Below are positions 56,415 through 64,000 of a stretch of DNA of 64,000 bases, one piece after another. A program made the position numbers and the translations under genes. Positions within the stretch are counted from its first letter, which is position 1, and each line of letters begins with the position of its first letter. The DNA comes from an uncultured Acidobacteriota bacterium. GTDB lineage: Bacteria; Acidobacteriota; UBA6911. Below the pieces are notes generated by a model. The model ran no database searches. It was not told the DNA's origin and worked only from the letters and a program-made list of their open reading frames with translations. The stretch lies in the NCBI GenBank assembly GCA_963827655.1, contig CAWHCF010000022.1:160001-224000 (forward strand). The letters run 5' to 3'.

Positions 56415-57360
56415 TAAGCTGCAGTTTACGAAGCCCGGCGATCACGCCCACGGCGCTGACCAGGAACCATAACCAAACCAGAATCGGCTCGTGCGTCAGG
56501 TGAAATAGCAGCCGGCTCGAGCCGATGTATCCGGCGATAACTCCGAAAGCGAGAAGCGAAAACCGATTCTGGCGATACGCATACCAGGCTAGTCCTGCGC
56601 CGCCGCCCAGCAGAATTGCAATGGAGACGAACTCTTTCCCGGGGGCGTCTCCCAAGCCCCAGGCGACCGATCCAAAGAAGAGCAGCCACCCGAGGTGCAC
56701 TGCGACCGGTTCGAAATGCGGTTTTCTGCCGCTGCGCCGGAGGTAACTGCCCAGGAGAATAAAGAGCACGCCACAGGCCAGGGCATTGAGCCGCACCGAA
56801 TCCTCCAGCCCGCGCCACAAGCTGTTTTCAATCAGTGTGACGGAAACGCCTCGCCACGCCGCAAAGGTCGACATGGCCAGCGAGAACACAGTCCTGGAGT
56901 CATAGCGCAAGGCGAGGACTGCCATGAGAATCGCGACGATCAAGAGATGCCATGGCCATTCGCGACCGAATGGCGTGAACCGGGCCTCTATGAAGGCCAG
57001 GTCGGCCGCTGCAAGGAGAACTCCCAGGAGGAGAACATAATCGAACGCGAAATGCGGCGGGGCGGTCTGCTCCCACGAGAACGGCGGTGCCTTGCGTGCG
57101 ACCCAAGCGAGCGCGGCGCCAGCAGCGATCCCGAGAGCCACGGCGACGGCGACCGGTCCTATATGCTCGAAATTCTCTTTCACCAGGAGACCGGCGCCGG
57201 CCACGGCCAGGAACACGCCCCCCCAGAGAAGGAGGCGAATTTCGTGGTACACCGATACGAGCTCGCCTCGTGCCACTCGCAGAAGCAAAGGAGCCTGCTC
57301 GGGGGTGAGGAGACCTCGCCGAACCAGTTCCGGAATGGCGCTAGCGACGTCGGGATTCAA
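56359..57360 (-). CDS. DUF2157 family membrane protein; C-terminus altered by the MITE
   Basis: LVRRGLLTPEQ, EIRLLLWGGV, about 10 TM segments. Confidence 0.75.
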   Translation of the reverse strand: MNPDVASAIPELVRRGLLTPEQAPLLLRVARGELVSVYHEIRLLLWGGVFLAVAGAGLLVKENFEHIGPVAVAVALGIAAGAALAWVARKAPPFSWEQTAPPHFAFDYVLLLGVLLAAADLAFIEARFTPFGREWPWHLLIVAILMAVLALRYDSRTVFSLAMSTFAAWRGVSVTLIENSLWRGLEDSVRLNALACGVLFILLGSYLRRSGRKPHFEPVAVHLGWLLFFGSVAWGLGDAPGKEFVSIAILLGGGAGLAWYAYRQNRFSLLAFGVIAGYIGSSRLLFHLTHEPILVWLWFLVSAVGVIAGLRKLQLRARAEITSHSGARIGGES

Positions 57361-57564
57361 ATTATTCCTCCTCTTGTCGTGGACAGAGCTGCCGGAGCCG
57401 GTCTGGTGCGGGGCTTGCGACTCATCGGTCGGCGGAATTCAATCGTACCCATACCGGCGCCCGCAGATCCCGAAGGACCTGTTCAGCGTCTCGATCGCAC
57501 TTCGTTGTTGCCGAGCTGACCCGATAAGCTCTGCTAGAACAGCTCTGGTAAAAGTACACATCCG

Positions 57565-58762
57565 CTAATGCGGGCAGACGATACCGCTGGTCCCTCGAAC
57601 CAGCACCGTCGCGTCACACGTATAAGTGCCGACTACCAGCGTCCTCAGATCGGCGCGCACACCGAAGGTTAGTTGAATATCGGGCTGTGTGTTTCCGGTG
57701 ATCGTAGAGTTCACGAGCGTGACGCCGGCACCGTTATCGGCGAAGAATCCCACGGCGCCGTTCTGGTTGCTCACGAGCCTGGCCTGATTCACAAGCGTGA
57801 GTGTGGATCCGCTCAGAACGCGGATTCCACTCGCGGTGTTGTTGTGGACATTGAGTGTGCTGAATCCAGGCGCGCCCGAGAATTGCGGTGTATTGAACAC
57901 TGTCATGACGGAACCCTGCTGTATCACCAGGCCGCTGCCGTTCAGGCCGCTGCCATTATTGAAGCTGTTGACCGTAGACGCGGCATCGAGGTCGAGCCCG
58001 GCTCTGGAGTTCACCGAAACGCCGTTGGCCTGGATTGCCGGAAGCGTTGACGGTTCCCCCGAAGAGAAACATGTGGGCGCCCGAGACGACGGTCAGACCC
58101 GTCGAGAGATTGTCGTTCGCATTGATCACAGTCTTCGAATCGTTCACGAAAGCATTGGCGTTCGTCGCGATCTGAATGCCGAGAGCATTGCGGGTGGCGG
58201 ACACGGTGGCCTGTGAGAAAGTGATCGAGCTTCCGTTGACATTGATGCCGAAAACACGATTGGCGGTCGCCGCGAAGGCGCCCGACACCGTGGCAGCGGA
58301 TCCGGTCTGAAGCTCGAGACCGTGGAGGCCGTTGCGGCTTGTGGTGACATCGGAAAGGATCGCGCTCGAAGCCGTCCGGAACGAGATCCCGGACACGCGG
58401 TTGTCGTGCGAGTTCACGCGGGTCAAGGTGACGTGGGCGCCATTGATGCCGGTAATACCGCTCAAGCCGTTGCGCACTTCAATATTGGCAAGCGACACTC
58501 CGCTCGCGCCTGCGATCGTGACTGCATCCTTACCGCCGCCGTCAATGATGGCAGTGCCCACGCCTATCAATGAAAGCCCATCGGTCCGGATCACAATCGG
58601 TCCCGCGCAGACGCCGGTAAATTCGATCGTCTGGTCTTTTTCATCGGACACGGCGTCGGCCAGAGACTTCTTGGCGCAATCGAGCGGTTTGTTCTCAGCG
58701 TACGCGGTTGCGGCCCGGGCCAGGATACAAAACGAAAGCAACATCGCTGCGGGATATCGCAT
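57565..58762 (-). CDS. Secreted right-handed parallel beta-helix protein; frameshift near 58030
   Basis: Signal peptide MRYPAAML; repeated N..xGI/L turns; junction CCA GGC c AAC GGC. Confidence 0.75.
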
Positions 58763-58979
58763 GGAAAACCTCCTCCAATTGCAGGAAATGCACAGACAAA
58801 ACCTCTTGTCTGCGCTTCGAGTGTCTGAAAAGCAATTGATGAAGGGGGAGTGCTGCGAGTTTATAAGCAAGGTACGCTCGAATCAACCGAACGTGCCTTG
58901 AGATCACGAATCGCCGGCGGTTTTTTTACTGCCACTGTGCGCGCGGACCCAGCGCAGGTCCTGCTGTAGCGAGACCGCC

Positions 58980-59378
58980 TTACTTCTCGCCAACACCCTT
59001 GAAGAACGTGTAACAAAAGACGCCGTCCGCCTCGGCCGTGCGATAGAGCGCTTTTATCCCGTTGTCGAATCTCTCGCTCTTGACGATGCCCGCCGCCAGC
59101 GCGGCTTCGCGCACGCCTTCGATCATCGCTGTGAAGGTTTTCCTGGTGAAGCCGTCGACCAGGTCGGGACGGCTCGCATCGGCGTACACCATGCGCGGCG
59201 ACACGCGCACGCGTTTGAAGCCCGCGCCCACCAGGAGTGGGTAGACCTCGCGTCCTATGTTGGCGTTGCCGCCCGCCCTGCGCTGCAGCTCGACCTGGCA
59301 GCCGATCGCCTCGCGCGCCGCTTCGCTGTCGGGATGGAAGTAGGCCGAGCCGTGGTCCCCCTCGATCAGCGTGATCTC
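58980..59378 (-). pseudogene. C-terminal half of a class I SAM methyltransferase; N-terminus missing
   Basis: ITLIEGDHGSAYFHPDS...VSPRMVYADASRP...FCYTFFKG; no SAM-binding motif. Confidence 0.7.
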
Positions 59379-61343
59379 CTCGTCGAGCTGTTGATTGGGG
59401 TTGCCGATGGGCTGGCTGCCGCTCACGATGCCAGCATCTTACACCGCGACATCAAGCCAGATAACATCCTGGTGAGCAAGAGCGGCTACGCGAAGCTGGC
59501 CGATTTCGGCCTGGCAAAGCTGCACGAGCCCCTGGATACCGAGGCGCCGACGCATGGGCCCACGGAGGGGCGCACCCTGCCCGGCCTCCTCATGGGAACC
59601 GTGGCCTACATGTCCCCGGAGCAAGCGACCGGCGAGCCGCTGGACGCGCGCAGCGACATCTTCTCTTTCGGCGTTGTGCTGTATGAACTGCTTGCGCGCC
59701 GGCGTCCATTCGAAGGGGCCACCGACCTGGAAGTGCTGCTGGCGGTGAGGCACCATGCGCCGAGGCCACTCGCGGAATCTCGTTCAACCGTGCCCTCGGT
59801 CCTCTGTTTGGCGGTGGAAAAGGCTCTGGCGAAAGATCCCGCCGATCGCTACCAAGCCATGCGAGAGCTGGTCGTGGATCTGCGGCGGCTGGTGCGCCAA
59901 TCGGATGCCTCAGAGCCGCCGGGCGAGCAGCATCGGAGTTGGGTGATGGTAGTCGTTCTGCCCTTCCGGAACTTGAGCACGGATCCCGAGCAGGAGTACT
60001 TCAGCGACGGCCTTACGGAGGAGACCATCGGCTCGCTCGGCCAAATGAGCCCCGATCGAATCCGCGTCATCGCGCGGACCTCCTCCATGGCTTACAAGCA
60101 GACCATCAAGACGGCCGGGCAGATCGGGAGGGAACTCCGCGCCGATTACCTCCTGGAGAGCAGCGTCCGCCGCGACTCGACCCGTGTTCGTATCGCCGCG
60201 CACCTCATTCGCGTCGAGGACCAGACGCAGGTCTGGGGCGCCACATACGACCGCGCGCCCAATGACTTTTTGGGGTTGCAAGACGAGATCGGAACCGCAA
60301 TCGCCAACCAAATCCTGTCCAAGCTATCGTCGCCGGCGCCGTTGGAAGTCGGGGCCCGAAAAGCGCCGGATCCACAGGCTTACGATTTGTACCTGCGCGG
60401 ACGATTCTACGGCCACCAGCTCGCGCCACCTTTTCTCCTCAAGGCGATCGAGTGCTTTCAGGCCGCGATCGCGAAGGATTCCTCCTACGCACTCCCCTAC
60501 TCGGGAATCGTCGAAGCCCACGTGAATCTTATGATGGCCGCGGACGCGCCACCTCAGGAGCACTGGGAAAAAGCGCGGCTTGCCGCCCAGAAAGGCCTGG
60601 CCCTCGGTCCCGATCTCCCCGACGTGCATGCGGCCGCGGCGTATATGAACTTTTTCGTGGGCTGGGATTGGACGGCCTCGGAGCAGTCGGCGCAGAAGGC
60701 CCTCCAGCTGAACCCGAACTCTATGGCTGCACGCTGGTACTACGCACATATGCTTTCCAACGCTCTCCGGCATGATGAAGCCATTGCCGTGTTCAAGTCA
60801 GCGCGCGAGCTCGACCCGCTCTCTCCGTTCGCACACTCCTTTTTCGGTCAGTTTCTTTTCGACGCGCGGCGGTACGAGGAAGCACTCGATCCGATTAAGC
60901 AGTCCCTCGCGCTTGACTCCAACTTCTTCCACGCGCATGACGTCTTGAGCCGCCTCTATGCGGAGACGGGCAAACTCGATGAAGCGATCGAGGAATGTGA
61001 GAAGAGCTATCAGCTATCGGGGATCCTCTTTGCGCTTGCCCGCAAGGGCTATCTCTACGCGAAGATGGGCCGCCGCGCCGCAGCGGAACAAGTGAAGTCG
61101 ACGTTGATCCAGCTGTCGAACGAGAGGTTCGTTCCCCCTTACCACTTCGCTCTCATCCACGCAGGCTGGCGCGATCGCGAGACGGCGCTCGATTGGCTAG
61201 AGAAGGCTTACGAAGTGCGCGATGTTCGGCTGGTTTTTCTGCCCCCCGATCCGATCTGGGATTTTCTTCGCGACGAACCCCGCTTCAGGAAACTGCTCCA
61301 AAGATGCGGCTTCCCGAATGGGCGAACGGCCACCGGGATTTGA
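59378..61343 (+). pseudogene. 5'-truncated Ser/Thr kinase + TolB-N-like domain + TPR
   Basis: Begins LVELLIGVADGLAAAH..HRDIKPDN, DFG, GTVAYMSPEQ, VLPFRNLS..EYFSDGLTEE; no Gly loop or VAIK. Confidence 0.75.
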
Positions 61344-61435
61344 CGGATTGACCCGAAAGAAGGCCTTGATCCGCGGATCCTTGAGCATATTGATTTCCAC
61401 ATCGGGTATTGCCACGTGTGCCGGCCACGCGTCAT

Positions 61436-61640
61436 CTAGCTCGGTTGATCTCGCCCGTCTTGAAATCGCAGTCGCCCAAACGTGACATTGAGCCAATGCG
61501 CCCTGTCACTCAGTCCATACATTTGACTGGAGATCAGGCGCCCGGCCGCCAGGGCGGCACCGATGAGCACGAGCACAAGTGTGTCCCACGATAAGAGCCA
61601 GAGCATCTTGCCACGACCGCCGCCGATCGACCGCACATCC
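61436..61640 (-). pseudogene. Remnant of an ADOP permease C-terminus
   Basis: IGGGRGKMLWLLSWDTLVLVLIG..AAGRLISSQMYGLS resembles the last FtsX segment of the two intact permeases. Confidence 0.5.
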
Positions 61641-61653
61641 CCACCCGATCCAA

Positions 61654-64000
61654 CTAAAAGTTGAAGCGGAGCGACAACTGCACCTGTCGGGACGTGCCCG
61701 TGCCGACGGTGCGATTGAGGCCCGTGGTTACCAGCCCGAAGCTGGCCGGCGACGTGAAGGTCGTGCCGGGGTTCCCCGCCTGTGTGCGGTTGAACAGGTT
61801 GAACGCATCCATCCGTATAGTGATCGCCTTGTTCTCGGAGACGCGAGTCCTCTTCTGGAGCGAGAAGTCCACCTGGGTGAGCCCGGGTCCGACAGCGATG
61901 GATCGCCCGGCGTTACCCCACGTGCCGTTCGCCGGAATTGCGAACGCAGCCGGATTCAGCCACTGGGCGAAGGTTGGTCCGCCCTGCGGATAAATGGAGA
62001 CACCAGGGACGAGGTCGGGCCGCTGACCTGAGGTATTGCCGTCGGGAACGGCGCCTGAGCTGCGTGCAATCGTTACGGTCAGCATGCGCCCGGTGCGCGC
62101 CGACCAGATGCCGCTCGTCTCCCAGCCGCCGAGGATCTTCGAAAGCGGCCCCGAGGTAAGCATGCGCTGACCGGGGCCAAATGGGAGCTGGTAAATCCAG
62201 TTGGTGGTGATGGTGTGGCGGACATCGGTGTTGCTGTTGCCCCGGTCGCAGGCACGGCACAGCGCGATCTGGGGCTGCGTCCCTTCACCGCCGCCCGTGC
62301 TGTTGTCGTTGATGGAGTGAGACCACATGTACTCGGTCCCCCAGTCCAGGCCGCGCGCGACACGCCGGTACAGAGAAACCTGCAGGGCGTTGAAATTGCT
62401 GCTACCGAAGCCGTTCTTCTCGTCCATGCGACCGAAATTCGGCAGCGGGCGTGTCTTTGTGACAATATCGAGGTTGTTGATGTACGTGCGCGACGTAACC
62501 TTGCTGGCTGAGCTCCCCACGTAGCCGATCTGCGTGACGAAGCTGGCGGGCAAGTCCTGCTGGATCGAGAGGCCCCACTGAACGCTGTACAGGTCGCGGA
62601 TGTCGCGCTGCAAAGAGCGTGGGGTAATGCCGACCGCTTGGGCCAGGGCCAGGAACGGATCCACCGGGTAGGCAAGGCCGGGCGCTTCTGCGGCGGTCAG
62701 AGAGTAGTTGTCGGACACGTTGTCCAGGGCGGCGTTCTTGTCGTCAATCTGGCCGGGGCCGTGATAGACGCCGATGCCGGTGCGTATCACCGTCTTGCCC
62801 CGCAGCGCCTTGGGCGCCCAGGCAATGCCGAGACGCGGGTCGAAGTTATTGCGGTCCGGGAAATACCAGGGAGTCCCATGCGGGCAGAAGCCGCCGCACG
62901 CGAGGTCGAACACCCGGTAGCGGTCCTTCACCTCGCGGTTCACCCCGTAGTACTCGTAGCGCAGGCCGAGATTCAGGGTGAGGTCGGGCGTCACCTTGAA
63001 GTCATCCTGCACATAGGTGAAGAAGTACCACTTGCGAGTACCAAGCACGGGATCGCCGCTGCCGATGGCGACGCGGTCCACCTTGTTGGCGAGCAGGTCG
63101 TCGCGGCTGGCGTAGGTGATAGAGATCGACCGGAAGGCGGGATCGGCCACGTTGACGTGAGCGCGGCGAATTTCACCGCCGAACTTCAGATTGTGGCGGC
63201 CGCGGGTGATTACCAGGTTGTCGAGAAGCGAATAGGAAGTCCCGGTCTCGACCAGTAGATTCGAGCTGTTCAGCGTGGTGAAGCCGGAGACGGCGATCGA
63301 TTCGTCAAACGGGGCGAAAGTGTAGCGATTGAGAGCCGACCTGTTGAAGCCCACCTTCACCTCGTTAACCAAGGTTGGCGTGAAGACCCGCTGCCACTGC
63401 ATGGCGTAGTTTGAGGGCCGGAAGAAACTCTCCTCCCGATCGCCCTCGATTATCGTGCGCGGATTAATGATCGTGCCGTCGTCGAAGTTGTAGCGCGCGT
63501 AGAAGGTGTTACGCTCGTTGAACTGATGGTCCACCCGCACGGTGAACGCATTCTCATCCCAGACCTGACTGACGTCACCGAGCGCCCGGTCGACATCGGC
63601 GTTGGAGGTCCGCTCGGTGCCCAAGGGATAGGCTTCCACGATAGGCCGGATGTTCGGATCGGTGGCGCGAGCGCGGAAGGACGCGCTGGGCACGTCGTTG
63701 CGGAAGGTCTGGCTGACCCGCTGGCGGAGACCTTCGTAATTGGCGAAGAAGAAGGTGCGGTTCTTCACAATCGGGCCGCCGATATTGCCGCCAAACTGGT
63801 TCAGTCGAAACGGCTGCTTCGTGGTGTCGAACGGGTTGCGGGCGTCGAGCACATCGTTGCGGAGAAATTCGAAGACGCTCCCGTGGAACTCGTTTGAGCC
63901 CGATTTAGAGACGATGTTGACCTGGGCGCCCGCGCCTCCACCCGATTCGGCCGAATAGAGGGTGGAGTTGACCCGGAACTCGGCGATTGAATCGCTGCTG
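61654..64000 (-). CDS. TonB-dependent receptor (Oar-like), 5' part outside the window
   Basis: SIAEFRV..YSAESG..SKSGSNEFHGSVFEFLRNDVLDARNPF, NQFGGNIGGPI, LNLGLRYEY, DRNNFDPRLG, C-terminal RQVQLSLRFNF. Confidence 0.95.
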   Translation of the reverse strand, partial: SSDSIAEFRVNSTLYSAESGGGAGAQVNIVSKSGSNEFHGSVFEFLRNDVLDARNPFDTTKQPFRLNQFGGNIGGPIVKNRTFFFANYEGLRQRVSQTFRNDVPSASFRARATDPNIRPIVEAYPLGTERTSNADVDRALGDVSQVWDENAFTVRVDHQFNERNTFYARYNFDDGTIINPRTIIEGDREESFFRPSNYAMQWQRVFTPTLVNEVKVGFNRSALNRYTFAPFDESIAVSGFTTLNSSNLLVETGTSYSLLDNLVITRGRHNLKFGGEIRRAHVNVADPAFRSISITYASRDDLLANKVDRVAIGSGDPVLGTRKWYFFTYVQDDFKVTPDLTLNLGLRYEYYGVNREVKDRYRVFDLACGGFCPHGTPWYFPDRNNFDPRLGIAWAPKALRGKTVIRTGIGVYHGPGQIDDKNAALDNVSDNYSLTAAEAPGLAYPVDPFLALAQAVGITPRSLQRDIRDLYSVQWGLSIQQDLPASFVTQIGYVGSSASKVTSRTYINNLDIVTKTRPLPNFGRMDEKNGFGSSNFNALQVSLYRRVARGLDWGTEYMWSHSINDNSTGGGEGTQPQIALCRACDRGNSNTDVRHTITTNWIYQLPFGPGQRMLTSGPLSKILGGWETSGIWSARTGRMLTVTIARSSGAVPDGNTSGQRPDLVPGVSIYPQGGPTFAQWLNPAAFAIPANGTWGNAGRSIAVGPGLTQVDFSLQKRTRVSENKAITIRMDAFNLFNRTQAGNPGTTFTSPASFGLVTTGLNRTVGTGTSRQVQLSLRFNF

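Noticed and set aside
1-64000. tRNA, rRNA or riboswitch genes
   Set aside because: None recognised by eye; a covariance-model scan would be needed to exclude them

Overview
GC-rich bacterial chromosomal window whose gene content (ADOP-type ABC permeases, an Oar-like TonB receptor, ECF sigma/Ser-Thr kinase pairs, DUF1549/1553 plus DUF1501) suggests Acidobacteriota (inference). Scattered single-base frameshifts, several in homopolymers, point to an imperfectly polished long-read assembly. Main content: an ECF sigma/anti-sigma/2x DUF4097/ABC-ATPase/TPR cluster; a TldD/TldE-like pair with signal peptides; a planctomycete-type cytochrome/DUF1501 pair; two orphan ADOP permeases; a kinase-ECF pair; a class IIC group II intron; a FitAB/VapBC toxin-antitoxin pair; hydrolases and a sulfatase; a complete glnB-glnA-glnD-glnE-glnA2 cluster; several truncated gene fragments; and many REP/MITE-like repeats. 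Best leads: (1) a PfkB-like + Clp-type AAA+ + tandem RyR-repeat protein of unknown function; (2) the gln cluster with a second GSI-alpha whose nucleotide-site motifs have diverged; (3) the intron sitting beside a REP hairpin inside nested inverted repeats; (4) a 233-bp MITE with a reconstructable empty site; (5) a probably exported TldD/E pair; (6) a shared ECF promoter motif linking an orphan permease to a distant ABC ATPase. All family calls come from motif recognition by eye; no searches were run.
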